Sequence record: ON529852.1
Reading direction: 5' to 3' (one strand)
DNA: 64,000 nucleotides
A program made the translations under genes and the position numbers. Shown one piece after another: positions 1 through 10,533 of the stretch. Position 1 is the stretch's first letter. The number at the start of each line of letters is the position of its first letter. Under the pieces are notes generated by a model. It was not told the origin of the DNA. It was given only the letters and a program-made list of their open reading frames with translations, and did no database searches.

Positions 1-252
1 GAAATCGTTGTAGTCCTTGAAGCGGAACCCGAAGGCGCGGCCGCGCCGGGCGTAGAAGAACGCCGTCAGTTCATCCATCTGGACCTGGCTCTTGATCCCG
101 TGGCTGACGTCATACTCGGCGCGCGTCATCGACCAGTCGATGTTGCGCTGCTCGTAGCCGGAATCGGCCGTGAAGATCGTGGTCTTGAATTTCGGGCCGC
201 CCGACGAGCCGTAGGAAATCTCCGTCGGGAAAAGCACCTCGTGAAAGGCCAT
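1..252 (-). CDS. DUF2460 distal tail protein paralog 2 (5' part, runs off window)
   Basis: ATG at 252; MAFHEVLFPTEISYGSSGGPKFKTTIFTADSGYEQRNIDW is closely similar to the N-terminus of the 595-aa ORF. Confidence 0.85.
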   Translation of the reverse strand, partial: MAFHEVLFPTEISYGSSGGPKFKTTIFTADSGYEQRNIDWSMTRAEYDVSHGIKSQVQMDELTAFFYARRGRAFGFRFKDYNDF

Positions 253-254
253 GG

Positions 255-2042
255 TTAGTCCAACTCCAGTTCGGACCAATCCCGCACTTCAACGAGGGGG
301 ATGGAGTCCCAGGACCGATAGGTCCAAAAATCATGCTTCATGTTGAGGTGATCGGTGTCGAAGCGGACCCCGATGTGGAACTCGGCGCTGTCCATCGTCA
401 GCACTTCCGGCGGGGTGAACGCCACGCCGTCGAAGTCCGTGGAATAGACGGAGGACGGGTCGATGACGGCGATGCCGCCAAAGGCGCCGACGTATTTCCG
501 GTCAGGGTCGTAAACCTGGTATTCGCCGCCGGATTCAGGGGTCCGCCGGGAGACCAGGACGCCGGACTCGGTATTGATGCTCCACATCCGGTCGCCGAAC
601 GGCGTGCCGGTGCCGCGCACCCAGCACAGTTCGCCGTTCAGCACCGTCTGGCCGTTGGTCAGGGCGTGGAAGGGCGTCAGGGACGGCGGCATACGCCGCG
701 TCCAAGCCCATTTCCCTTCCTCGGGCAGAAACAGGCCGCACCAGTAGTCGTAGCTGTAGGACGAATTGTTGATCCCCTCCTCGCCATTCCAGAAGATCAG
801 GAGCCCTTCGGTCTTCTTGTCGTAGAAGACGGCGTCGGGGCGGGCCGTGCTCGCCCCCCATTCGATCGCCGTCCACATCGTGCCGCCGAACCAGATCGAC
901 AGGGCGCATCCGTGACCCGGAGAGGAGTCGGGGAGGAAGTGCACGAAGGCGAAACCGTTCAGCTTGTAAGGGCACGCGCCACGATACCGCTGCGAGATCA
1001 GGCTGCCGCCGAACCGCCCCAGATCGGCGACCATGGTCAAGGTCTCCGTCGAGTAGATGCGCACATAGCCGAAGCTGTCGCCGTTGAGCAGGTACTGCTC
1101 ATTGGAGGACACGCATCCCGGTACGATCGGTTCCTGGATGGCGGGGTTCCAAATGGTCGCCGGAGGACCCTTGGCGACGTATTGCATCGTCCGCCCGTCC
1201 ACCTTCACCAGGGTGTTCGCCATTGTCAGGTAGACCATGCCGGCCGGGCTGACGCCGACGATGTGGTCGAAGGCCTCGCCGCCAGGCACCTGCATCGTCA
1301 GGTGGGTGGCCTGGGCGTCTTCCTTGGCTGTCGGCAGGTGGAACCGACGCAGAACGAAATAGCCCAGACCCGTGCCCGCCCAGCCTCGGACGAAAGCATG
1401 CCCGGACTCCGAGGCGTAGAACAGGACCGGTCGGGTCACCGAGCCGCTGGCGTAGCTGTTGCCGAGCAGGGCGCCGGGATCGAACGGAGGCAGGAAGGTC
1501 ACGCGCTGATAAGGCGTCGTCGCCGCGTAACGACCGCCCCACATCGGCGTGTTCAGGGTCAGCTTGCCGGTGTTGTAGTCCAGCTTGTAGTTGCGGGACG
1601 CCGAGATCGACTTCGTCAAGGTCGATCCATCGATCTGAACGCCCTTTTCGGAGTTCCACTCCACCTTCTCGATCCGGCGCGTCGTCAGGAACTCCTGACC
1701 GGTCGCCGACGTGTTCCGATATTCCTTGTGAAGCTGGTAGACGTGCGTGGCGTAGTCGCCCTGACCGAGGGTGACGTTCTCCAGCCTATAGTCGTTGAAG
1801 TCCTTGAACCGAAACCCGTAGGCCCGGCCGCACCGGTTCATGAAGAAGGTCGTCAGGGCTTCGGCCTGGGCCTGCGACTTGACGCCGTGACTGACGTCGT
1901 ATTCCGCACGGGTTTCGGGCCAGTGGTCGACCCGCGCCTCGAAGCCGGAGTCCGCTTCCCAGACCGAGGTCTTGAACTTCGGTCCGCCCGACGATCCATA
2001 GGAAATGTCCGGCGGGAAGAGGATGTCGTGGAAATCGGACAT
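255..2042 (-). CDS. DUF2460 distal tail (Dit-like) protein with large internal insertion
   Basis: N-terminal FHDILFPPDISYGSSGGPKFKT and C-terminal VRFDTDHL...WDSIPLVEVR typical of DUF2460; directly downstream of tape measure. Confidence 0.85.
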   Translation of the reverse strand: MSDFHDILFPPDISYGSSGGPKFKTSVWEADSGFEARVDHWPETRAEYDVSHGVKSQAQAEALTTFFMNRCGRAYGFRFKDFNDYRLENVTLGQGDYATHVYQLHKEYRNTSATGQEFLTTRRIEKVEWNSEKGVQIDGSTLTKSISASRNYKLDYNTGKLTLNTPMWGGRYAATTPYQRVTFLPPFDPGALLGNSYASGSVTRPVLFYASESGHAFVRGWAGTGLGYFVLRRFHLPTAKEDAQATHLTMQVPGGEAFDHIVGVSPAGMVYLTMANTLVKVDGRTMQYVAKGPPATIWNPAIQEPIVPGCVSSNEQYLLNGDSFGYVRIYSTETLTMVADLGRFGGSLISQRYRGACPYKLNGFAFVHFLPDSSPGHGCALSIWFGGTMWTAIEWGASTARPDAVFYDKKTEGLLIFWNGEEGINNSSYSYDYWCGLFLPEEGKWAWTRRMPPSLTPFHALTNGQTVLNGELCWVRGTGTPFGDRMWSINTESGVLVSRRTPESGGEYQVYDPDRKYVGAFGGIAVIDPSSVYSTDFDGVAFTPPEVLTMDSAEFHIGVRFDTDHLNMKHDFWTYRSWDSIPLVEVRDWSELELD

Positions 2043-2096
2043 GGTCAGGGGGCGGCTCGGGAGAGAACAGCCTTGATGCCACGTTGGGACCTGTTC

Positions 2097-2122
2097 GTCA
2101 AGATTTCCGGCAATGGGCGCCG
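2097..2122 (-). promoter_or_regulatory. Late-promoter motif copy 1 (GGC-N7-TGC-N4-AATCTTGAC)
   Basis: Same motif recurs upstream of five late genes. Confidence 0.6.
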
Positions 2123-2144
2123 TGAATCACGGCACCCATTACGC

Positions 2145-5100
2145 TTAGCTGAGGTTCCGGGTCGAGGCCCGCTTGAGGTCCCGGTTCTGCTGACGCTGGA
2201 TCGAGCCCTGCGACTTGCGGAAGGCGTCCGGGTTGGGCGCGATGACCGTGATGTTCGACGTCACGTTGGCGCCGCCCGAGGGAACATTGCCCATGTCGAC
2301 CGGAACCGCCCGACCGTTCGGCAGGGGGATGATGGCTTCGTTCGGGTGAACGATCGCCGGCATGCCGCCGTTGGAGGTGTTGGCGGTGCCCACGTCGTAG
2401 TGCGGCGCCTTGCCCCAGTCCATGCCGGCGTTCGAGACATAGCCGCCGTCGGCGAACTGTTTCATGACGCCGGACGCCATTTCCATGTAGGTCCCCACCT
2501 TACCCCAGGTGCCGCCGGTCAAAATGTTGGCCCCGAAGTTGATCACATCCGCGATCGGGTTGGAATGAGCGGCGATGGCGGTGGCGTCCACGGTCACGCC
2601 ACGATGCTCGCCGATGACGCCCTTGACGGCCTCGGGGTCCTTCTCAGGAGCCTTTTCCTTCTTGAACAGGTCCGCCAGGGTGCTGATCAGGGCCGCGCCT
2701 TGCATGAAGCCTGCGCCCCGCTCTTCCATGGTCCGCCCCTTGCCGAACATCTCACCGACGAACGACAGCGGACTATCCGGCTTGCCGTTCTTGCCGCGTC
2801 CGAAGACGTTCGACATGGTCGGCTTGGTGAACTTCTCGCCGAAGTTGGTCTTGGCCGAGGAGAGCATGTCGGAGAACCAACCGCCGCCCGCGAAGCCGGG
2901 GAGGCCGTCGACCAGGCCGCCGTTGGCGTAGGCCTTGCCGTTGTTGATCGCTTCAAGGAGGGCGCGATTCTGCGACGTCGCCGCCGCGTTGATGACGAAC
3001 TCGCCGTTGGACAGCCGGGCGTTGATGTCGTCCGAGCGCGGGCCGCCGCGCCCCGAGACATAGCCGCCGTCCGCGTAGAGACCGGTCAGGTCCGGGGCGA
3101 ACGACTTGCCCTCGAAGGTGAACCCTTCGGTGGCGTCGCCCAGACTCGGCTTGGCGCTAGGCTTAGCGTCGCCCTTGCCGCCGCCTTTCGCCATTACAGC
3201 CGCTGCTTTTTCCAGCTTTTTGACGGCTTCCCCAAAGGCTTCGACCTGGGTCTTGAAACCTTCGGCCGCCGTGTTGAAGGTCGTGGGGACCTGCATCAAC
3301 ATCTGCGCCGCCGTATACAGCGCCGTCGCGGCTTGATCGTAACCGGCGCCGGCGTCGTCTCCGGACAGCATGACAGGGCCAGCGGAAGGAGCCGTCCCCA
3401 TGGAGGACGTCGTGGACATCCGCTTCGTGGTTTCGCTCGTGGGGCTGGTCTCGCCGCCGATGAGATTGAAGGCCTTGCGCCAGAGCGGAGTCGTGTCGCG
3501 CTCTGCCCCGAGACCGTGCGGCGTGGCGGGGGCGTGCCCCTGAACGGCGCGGGCCGGAGTCATGCGGCCGAGCGACGACATGATCGGGCGCAAGCTGACC
3601 GGCGCCATCGGGTCCATGACCTCGCCGCCCAGCGCCGGCGACTTCAGGCCGAGCGACGTCATCGTGCGGTCCATCAGGCCCTGCACGTAATCCAGGGGTC
3701 CTGCGGGCGCCGCCGCAACAGCGGGGGCGGGCTTGTTGAGCAGGCCCGTCGAGATGGCGCCCGAACGCACGCCGCCGGCGTGATTCAGGGTGCTCTCAGC
3801 GGTGGTGTTCAACACGCGAGAGATGGCGCCGTCGGGATCGAAATAGGCGGCGATCGTCTTCAGTGCATTCGCTGCGTCGGTCAGGGCCTTGACCTCGGCG
3901 TTGATCGCATCCTGCTGATTCTTCTGAGCGTCGACCAACGCTTGCTGGGCCGCCAGGTCCGACTGCGCGTCTGCCTTGGTCTTGTCGATCATCGCCACGG
4001 CGGCGTTATACTGAGCCGTCGCCGCCTCCAGCCCGGCTTGCGCCTCCGAGCCAGGCTTCTTGACGCCCATGACGCCGAGCATGCCGCTGAGCGCGTCATC
4101 CACCGTCGCCTTCACGATCTGACGCCGGATGTTCTTGAACATCGCCTGCCAATCGACGTCTTCGCCCATCAGTTCATCGGTGATGCCGTCCGAGAGGCCT
4201 TCCATGAAGGCGCCCTTGATGTTTTCCATGCGTCGGGCGAACGGCTCCAGGCCGTCGACCCAGGCTGCGAATCCGGGCGGGTTCTCGATGGTGTGGCGGG
4301 CTTCAGCCAGGGTCTTCGCCAGCTTCGCCATGACAGGCTCCGCCGCTTCAAGCTGCGCCAGGGTCGCGTTCGGCATGTTCGTCAGATCGCGCAGGATGTC
4401 GCGATACGAGGCGCGGTATCCGCGCATCGTCTTGTCCGTCGCCGAGTCGATGCCGTCGCTCAGTTCGACGATGATCGAACGCAGGGACTCAGCCTGATCC
4501 GACATGGCCTGCACGTCGGCCGTGCGGGACAGCGCCGTCAACAGAGCCGGGTTGGCCTCGACCTGGGCGCGCTTCTGATCGAAAGTGCCGCCTTGGACCG
4601 ACTGGTTGATCAAGTCGTTCAGGTAGGTGTCGCGATTGGACACGACGCCGCTGGCCTTGCCGACGCGCATCTGCGCTTCGTTCAAGGTGTCCATCAGGCG
4701 AACCTGGGCTTCCAGGGCCTTGGTGCGGTCGCGCTCCATTTCCCACTGCTGGCGCGCCGTGTTCAGGCTTTCGACCTGAATGTCCTTGCCGGTCAGTCTC
4801 AGGCCGTTGACGTGTTCCGTCCACTTGGCCTCGTCCTGCATCAACTCGATCGGGTAGCCCTGCTCCTTCATCTCATTGATGCGCTCCTGCCACTCGGCCT
4901 CCTTGCCCATGCCTTGCAGGGTCTTGAGCGTCAGGTCGTTGGTTTCGCGCGCCAGGCGGTTCGCCTTGGAGACGGGGTTCATCGCGTCTTGCAGTTCCTT
5001 CGCCTGACGGGCGATGGCGGCCGAGATTTGGTCGCGAATCGGCGAGGTCACGAGCGCGGCGTTCGGACCGTTCTTCTTGCGCAGTTCCTCATCCGCAGCG

Positions 5101-8100
5101 GCGATGTCGTTCAGCTTCTCCAACATGGCGTCGAAGGAGGCGTTCGCCTGCGAGGCCGGGTCCGGCAAGGCGAGAATCGACTGCATCGCCTTCCAGGTGT
5201 TGAGGTGCTTGTTCTGATCCTTTTCGATGTCGTCGGCCGCTGCGGCGGCCACGCCCGTGACCCCCGACGTGTCGAAGCCCTGCCCGCTCTGACCGACCTT
5301 GCGTTGCCCCCAGTTGTAAAGTTCCTGGAGGGTCGTGGCGCCGTTCTTGAACACCGGGTTCTTGTTGTATTGGTCCTGGTTGCCGACGCGGGCCTGGGCC
5401 ACGGTCTGCGTGGGGTCCTGCGCATACTTCGCCAGCATGTTCTTGGCGCCGCTCGTTCCCAGGAAGTGGGCCAGATACTGCTCACCGGCGTTGGCGTCGC
5501 GCTTCAGCACGTCGCGCAGCGCCGCCTGGTTCTCCGCCATGTAGCGCGCCGTGGCTTCCATGTTCAGGTTGGCGTTGCGGCGCGGGTCGGCGGCACCCAT
5601 GGTGCGGCTGGTCACTTGCGGACCATCCTTCATGACGCGGTTCCACGTCCCCATGGTGAACTGGCCGAGGCCGACGGCGTCGCCGCCCGTCCCTGCAACG
5701 TCCTTGTTCCAGGTGCTTTCAGCCGCGATCAGGCGCGCCATGACAGCGGGATCGACGCCGTTTTTGGTCGCCGACGCCGTCATAGCGGCGCGGTATTGCG
5801 CAGGGACGGCCACGCCGCCCATGGCGGCGCGCTGATCCGCGTAGTCGTTGGTCATGGCGACAGTCCGCGCAGCGGTGTGCGCGGCGTAGTCGCGGTTCCA
5901 GGCCGCGCGCGTCTCTTGAGTCAGCGGCGTCGAGGACTGCGGCGCGATCATGTTGGTCGCCAGTCCCAGGGCCGGGTTCAACGTACCGGCGACGCGCAGG
6001 CCGCCGCGCACCAGAGGGTTCTGCATCAGGGCGTTGACGGAGCCCGGACGCGCCGGCGCTTCCGCGCCAGGCGGGCGCGTGCGGGTGCCGAAGTTCGGCG
6101 CCAGGGCGTTCGGCCCAGCGGCCTGATAGTGATCGAAGATCGCCTTGGCGAGGTCTTCCTGCGAACCCGCCGTCAGGCGCTTGCCGCCGATGACTTGGGT
6201 GTAGGTCTGACGCGAGCCGGCGGCGGCCGCCGTCGGCGCGGCGGCCGGCGCGGCGGCGGCCTGGGTCGCGCGCGCAGTCTCCACGTTCTGGGCGGTGCGC
6301 TGTTCAGCGGTCATGCTGGGGTTGGCGCGATCGAACGAGCCGTTCGCCAGGGCGTTGATGCGCTCCATGACCGAGTTCACGGTCGGAACCTTGAAGTTGT
6401 CCTTCAGCTTGTTGGCGGCTTCCAGTTGCAGGTTCGCGGCGCGCAGTTGATCGTCCGCCGCTTTCTGGGCCTGAAGCTGACGCTCGGCTTCGCGCAAACG
6501 CTCGGCGGCGGCTTCGTTGCTGCGCTCGCCTTCGCGACGCTTGTTTGCAGCCGTCAAGGTCGCGGTGATGCCGTCCGTCATCCGCTTCTGGATCGAGTCC
6601 ATGCCGTTGTCGGACCAGTCCTGGGCCATCGCGCCCATTTCCGCCTTGGCCCCGGCGACGTCGCCCGTGGCGGTCTTGTAGGCCGCCACCCCGAGGTGAA
6701 CCAGGACGCCGATGGTGTCGCCCAGGACTTCGCCCAGGTAGGAGAGCAGCACCGTCGTGGATTGGAAGGCCATCCCCATGGCGTCCAGCGATTCTTGTAC
6801 GCTGCCCGTGCCCAGCATCCGGCCGAACAGGTCCTGGAACCAGGTGCCCATCTTATCGCCGATGCCCGACAGCCATCCCTTCATGATGTCGCCGTACTTG
6901 ACGGTGTTGTTGCCCAGCTTGGTCGTCTCGTCCGACAGGATCGCCAGGGCCGCGCCCACGCCGACGGCGGCGACGCCCAGGGCGCCGAAGGTCACGCCAA
7001 GCGCCATCGCGCCCGTCTTGAGCGCGCCCAACGCGGCCGTCGGCGCGGCGCGCGCAGCGGTCATCGCGCCCGCGCCCAGGGTGGACATGAGCGGCGTGCG
7101 TGCGGTCTGGGTCGCCAGTCCGGCGCTGCGCATGGCGAGCACGTCGGCGGTCGCGCCCGTCGGACGGGCGATGTTGGAGAATCGCGCGCGGCGGCCGAAC
7201 CCGGACATCGGCGGGACGGCGGGCGCGGCGTTCATCTGAGCCAGGCGGCCGCCGCCAGGGGCGTGGCCGCGCGCGTTGCGCCAGTTCTGGATGTCGACCA
7301 TGGAGGCGCCGCTCAGGGCCGCGTCAGCGGCGAGCGCGGGTCCGTTGGTCTTGACCCGGCCGCGCGCAGCCGGAATCAGATCGCCGGCGATGTCGGAACC
7401 CTCGACGGCCTTCTTGGCGATCGCAAGCCCGGTGATGGCCTTGGTCAATTGCGTGATGGAGCCCATCGCCGTCATGGCGGACTGGCCCCAGGACAGGAAG
7501 GTCTTGGCGACGAACAGGGTCGCGATCGCCTTACCGGCGAACATGACCTTGTCGAAGTTCTCCGCCAGCCAGGCGGCCGCGTCCGCCGCCTTGCGCGTCA
7601 TCGACGCTAGGTTCTGCCCCAGTTGCTTGGCGAGGTCCTGGAACTTCGGCTTCAGCTTGAAGACGCCGTTTTCGGTGGTGCCGAACATCTCGGCCAGGCG
7701 GCTGAACTGGACGCCGAGTTCAGCGATGAAGCCGGACTTGCCGATTTCCTGCTGGAAGACGGTGAAGGCCGTCTTGAGTCGGTTCAACGCAACGTCAGGA
7801 CGGTCCTTGACCAGGCCCATCAGTCCGCCGAACATAGTATTCAGTTCTTCAGCCCAAAGCTTAGTGAACTCGGGAGACATGATCTTGCCAAGACTCATCT
7901 CCTTGAAGAACTGGGCCGTGGAGACAGCTTCCCCCTTCATGCGCTCCAACGCGCGACGGCCTGCTTCAGCGTTACCGGGGATTTGCTCGCCGATCTGACG
8001 CGAAAACTCTTCGGACGACACTTTTCCTTTCTGAATCATCTGGGTAAGCCCGTACATGGCGTAACCAGTTTGCTCAGCGGAGGCGCCGACAACTTGCAGA

Positions 8101-9479
8101 GTTTGAGTAACGGAGCGGAAGATCGCCGACGAATCTTGCGCGCTCATGCCCGCCGCGCCCGCCGAGATGGTGAAGCGGCCGAAGGGCTCGGCGACCTGAT
8201 CCAGGGCCAGACCCATGTCGAAGACCGTGCCGATGAACTCCTGCGTCGCGCGCTTGGAGCCTTCAGCCGATTTCGTGGAGAAGAGCATCGCCTTCTCCAG
8301 CTTCTGGAGTTCGATGTTGGCGTCGTAGACGCCCTTGATCAGTCCGCCGATGGTGAAGGCGCCGAAGGCGTGCGTGAACAGGGTCGAGGCCTGATAGGCC
8401 AGGTCGAACCGGTGGTTCAGGCCGCGCAGGCGCTCGCCCAGGGTGTAGGAGGACTTGCCGGCCTTGTCGGCCTGGGCCGAGTAATCGCCCAGCGATCCGC
8501 CGGCCTTGCCGGCGCCCGAGGCGGTGCTGTTCAAGGTCGGGCCGTGGTCGCCGCCTCCACCGCCCGCCGCTGCTGCACCGCGCCGGCGCCCGCCGCCGCC
8601 GCCGCCCAGGTTGAACCGGCCGCCCGGCATGGCGGAGAGGGCCGCCGCCGCCCGCGTCGCCGAGGCGGCGATCAGGTCGAGGTCATGCGCGACCGCGCGC
8701 GCGTTGGGGATGGGCTTGGCCGAAGCCAGCACCTTGAACATCTTGTCGAGGCGGTCGATCGAGCCCTTGCCCGGTGCCTTGAAGCCCTCCATGGCGCGGC
8801 CGAACTCCATCAAGGAGCGGGCGGTGGCGGGATCGAACTTCAGGCGCTGCGAGCGCGCGGCGACCTCAATGAAGTCGACCCAGGACTTCAACTTGGACTG
8901 GCTGATGGCGCGGGTCTTGGCCGCGTTGTCCATCGCCTGGGCGAACATGTTGAAGCCCACCATAGCGGCGGCGCCGCCGCCACGCAGTTGCGCAGCGCGG
9001 GCGCCGACTTCGATGAACTTGACCCAGGAGGCCAACTTGGAGGAGGAAATGTCGCGGGTCTTGGCGGCGCGATCCATCACGCCGATGAAGGAGCCCATGG
9101 CGGCGACCGCGCCGCCGTCCATTTTCAGACGCGACGTCTGCGCGCCGATCTGGATGAACTTGGCCCAGGAATCGATCTTGCCCTTTTCGATTTCCTTGGT
9201 GCGCGCAACGGCGTTCATCACCTGCGCGAACTCGGCGACGGCCTTGGTGCCGTCCGAGTTGATCTTGATCTTGTTGATCGCCGCAGCGACCTGGGCGAAC
9301 CGCTCCATGTTCGCCATGGAGCCCTTGATCGCCCGATCGGCGCCGGACATGCCTTGCGACATGCCGGCCGCCATCCGGTTCGCAGCCGCTCCCGTTTCGT
9401 CGAGCGCACGCGCCAGGGCGTGCAGGTCAGCTTGCGCCGAACCCGAGTCGATTTTTACGTTAAGCGGTTGAGTATCCAT
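2145..9479 (-). CDS. Tail tape measure protein with internal lytic transglycosylase (SLT) domain
   Basis: 2444 aa, Ala-rich helical; tape-measure domain (MIQKGKVSSEEFSRQIGEQIPG); SLT motif LIAAESTWN..GLGQF..YLAHFLG; ADGGYVSGRGGPRSD motif; follows tail chaperones. Confidence 0.95.
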   Translation of the reverse strand: MDTQPLNVKIDSGSAQADLHALARALDETGAAANRMAAGMSQGMSGADRAIKGSMANMERFAQVAAAINKIKINSDGTKAVAEFAQVMNAVARTKEIEKGKIDSWAKFIQIGAQTSRLKMDGGAVAAMGSFIGVMDRAAKTRDISSSKLASWVKFIEVGARAAQLRGGGAAAMVGFNMFAQAMDNAAKTRAISQSKLKSWVDFIEVAARSQRLKFDPATARSLMEFGRAMEGFKAPGKGSIDRLDKMFKVLASAKPIPNARAVAHDLDLIAASATRAAAALSAMPGGRFNLGGGGGGRRRGAAAAGGGGGDHGPTLNSTASGAGKAGGSLGDYSAQADKAGKSSYTLGERLRGLNHRFDLAYQASTLFTHAFGAFTIGGLIKGVYDANIELQKLEKAMLFSTKSAEGSKRATQEFIGTVFDMGLALDQVAEPFGRFTISAGAAGMSAQDSSAIFRSVTQTLQVVGASAEQTGYAMYGLTQMIQKGKVSSEEFSRQIGEQIPGNAEAGRRALERMKGEAVSTAQFFKEMSLGKIMSPEFTKLWAEELNTMFGGLMGLVKDRPDVALNRLKTAFTVFQQEIGKSGFIAELGVQFSRLAEMFGTTENGVFKLKPKFQDLAKQLGQNLASMTRKAADAAAWLAENFDKVMFAGKAIATLFVAKTFLSWGQSAMTAMGSITQLTKAITGLAIAKKAVEGSDIAGDLIPAARGRVKTNGPALAADAALSGASMVDIQNWRNARGHAPGGGRLAQMNAAPAVPPMSGFGRRARFSNIARPTGATADVLAMRSAGLATQTARTPLMSTLGAGAMTAARAAPTAALGALKTGAMALGVTFGALGVAAVGVGAALAILSDETTKLGNNTVKYGDIMKGWLSGIGDKMGTWFQDLFGRMLGTGSVQESLDAMGMAFQSTTVLLSYLGEVLGDTIGVLVHLGVAAYKTATGDVAGAKAEMGAMAQDWSDNGMDSIQKRMTDGITATLTAANKRREGERSNEAAAERLREAERQLQAQKAADDQLRAANLQLEAANKLKDNFKVPTVNSVMERINALANGSFDRANPSMTAEQRTAQNVETARATQAAAAPAAAPTAAAAGSRQTYTQVIGGKRLTAGSQEDLAKAIFDHYQAAGPNALAPNFGTRTRPPGAEAPARPGSVNALMQNPLVRGGLRVAGTLNPALGLATNMIAPQSSTPLTQETRAAWNRDYAAHTAARTVAMTNDYADQRAAMGGVAVPAQYRAAMTASATKNGVDPAVMARLIAAESTWNKDVAGTGGDAVGLGQFTMGTWNRVMKDGPQVTSRTMGAADPRRNANLNMEATARYMAENQAALRDVLKRDANAGEQYLAHFLGTSGAKNMLAKYAQDPTQTVAQARVGNQDQYNKNPVFKNGATTLQELYNWGQRKVGQSGQGFDTSGVTGVAAAAADDIEKDQNKHLNTWKAMQSILALPDPASQANASFDAMLEKLNDIAAADEELRKKNGPNAALVTSPIRDQISAAIARQAKELQDAMNPVSKANRLARETNDLTLKTLQGMGKEAEWQERINEMKEQGYPIELMQDEAKWTEHVNGLRLTGKDIQVESLNTARQQWEMERDRTKALEAQVRLMDTLNEAQMRVGKASGVVSNRDTYLNDLINQSVQGGTFDQKRAQVEANPALLTALSRTADVQAMSDQAESLRSIIVELSDGIDSATDKTMRGYRASYRDILRDLTNMPNATLAQLEAAEPVMAKLAKTLAEARHTIENPPGFAAWVDGLEPFARRMENIKGAFMEGLSDGITDELMGEDVDWQAMFKNIRRQIVKATVDDALSGMLGVMGVKKPGSEAQAGLEAATAQYNAAVAMIDKTKADAQSDLAAQQALVDAQKNQQDAINAEVKALTDAANALKTIAAYFDPDGAISRVLNTTAESTLNHAGGVRSGAISTGLLNKPAPAVAAAPAGPLDYVQGLMDRTMTSLGLKSPALGGEVMDPMAPVSLRPIMSSLGRMTPARAVQGHAPATPHGLGAERDTTPLWRKAFNLIGGETSPTSETTKRMSTTSSMGTAPSAGPVMLSGDDAGAGYDQAATALYTAAQMLMQVPTTFNTAAEGFKTQVEAFGEAVKKLEKAAAVMAKGGGKGDAKPSAKPSLGDATEGFTFEGKSFAPDLTGLYADGGYVSGRGGPRSDDINARLSNGEFVINAAATSQNRALLEAINNGKAYANGGLVDGLPGFAGGGWFSDMLSSAKTNFGEKFTKPTMSNVFGRGKNGKPDSPLSFVGEMFGKGRTMEERGAGFMQGAALISTLADLFKKEKAPEKDPEAVKGVIGEHRGVTVDATAIAAHSNPIADVINFGANILTGGTWGKVGTYMEMASGVMKQFADGGYVSNAGMDWGKAPHYDVGTANTSNGGMPAIVHPNEAIIPLPNGRAVPVDMGNVPSGGANVTSNITVIAPNPDAFRKSQGSIQRQQNRDLKRASTRNLS

Positions 9480-9500
9480 TGGCCCTAAAGGGGATCACCC

Positions 9501-10327
9501 CTAGTGAGGGTTACCCAAAGCGTTGGTGCGCTGTTTAGAAGGTGGGGGCTTGTTGCCGTGTTTCTGCGCTTCCTTTTCTTGGGACTCCTTGACGAAGCCC
9601 ATATACTTCTCGTCGAGTCGCTCGACGTAGAAGAGGAAATCTTGAGACTGCTCGTAGCTGAACCGACGGAGGCGGCAGTAAGCTTCGACTTCAGTGATCG
9701 GGATGCGCTGTGGGCCGGAAAAGCCAATGGGCCGCACGTTCGAGAGCCGCCAGAAGCCGTCCATTGCCCAGCGGAGGTCGTCGTAGACCGGAACCGGGGG
9801 AGGACCCTCGGGCTCAAGGGGAGGGAGCCCCTTGAGCGCGCGAGCCTCGTTTTTGAACGCCAGGGCCTTGAGGTCCTGGGGGGTGGACTTCAGCGTGCTT
9901 TCGAGCGCGCTTAGGAGTTTCCCACCCCGCCCTCGCGGGCCTCGTCCTTGAAGTTCTGCGCTTCGAGCGAGAACTGGATGACGAAGTTCGCCATCTTGGG
10001 CAGGGCCTTCAGAATGGCGTAGGCTTCATCGGCGGTGTAGGGGACGATGACGCCGTCGGCGTTCTTCACGTTCTTCCAGTCGGCGATGACGGCGCCGGCC
10101 AGGACCCGCAGGCCGATTTCTTCGTTCTTGTCTTCGGGAATCTTGGAGCCGACGCGCACCAGTTGCGCGTAGGGCTTCATCAGGTCGTCGCGCAGATCGG
10201 ACACGACCTTGGCGCCGAAGGCCCGAATCTTGAAGGCGGTGCCGGAGCCGAGTTCGACCCAGCGGCCGTGCTCTTCGCTCTCCTTGTTGGAGGCGAAGAT
10301 GTCGAAGAGGTTCAGAGCGTCGCTCAT
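9501..10327 (-). CDS. Tail assembly chaperone, long (-1 frameshift) product
   Basis: The -1 frame from G GGA AAC is open (GKLLSALESTLKS...) and continuous with ORF 9501..9764. Confidence 0.8.
9911..10327 (-). CDS. Tail assembly chaperone, short product (138 aa, MSDALNLF...)
   Basis: Lies between tail tube and tape measure; SD-like AGGA upstream of ATG 10327. Confidence 0.85.
   Translation of the reverse strand: MSDALNLFDIFASNKESEEHGRWVELGSGTAFKIRAFGAKVVSDLRDDLMKPYAQLVRVGSKIPEDKNEEIGLRVLAGAVIADWKNVKNADGVIVPYTADEAYAILKALPKMANFVIQFSLEAQNFKDEAREGGVGNS
9917..9923 (-). other. -1 ribosomal frameshift slippery site GGGAAAC
   Basis: X XXY YYZ heptamer in the correct phase two codons before the stop. 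Confidence 0.8.
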
Positions 10328-10533
10328 GAGGTTTTCCTTAAAGTCAGGGAGAGGAAAAGAGGGGCGCGTCCCTGGGGTACAGCGGGCAGCCGGGACGCGA
10401 AGCTGGCCGTGATCTTGTTCGAGCACCCTCGGGGAAGGGTGGGCGGTGCTGGCCCCGACTCCTGCACCGCCCTGCTCACGCGTGAGACTTTCGATGCCCG
10501 AAGGCGATCTCTGGTCTGTCGGGGAAAGAGGGG

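Noticed and set aside
7800-8140. AT-richer patch in the tape measure gene
   Set aside because: The frame and domain are intact. It probably reflects a recombined allele patch; composition was not quantified.
333-9488. Very long plus-strand ORFs (2425 aa, 621 aa) and similar ones at 10446, 31081, 39555, 41715, 47085
   Set aside because: They are antisense shadows of high-GC minus-strand genes (codon bias leaves few stops), with no motifs and no promoter or SD context.
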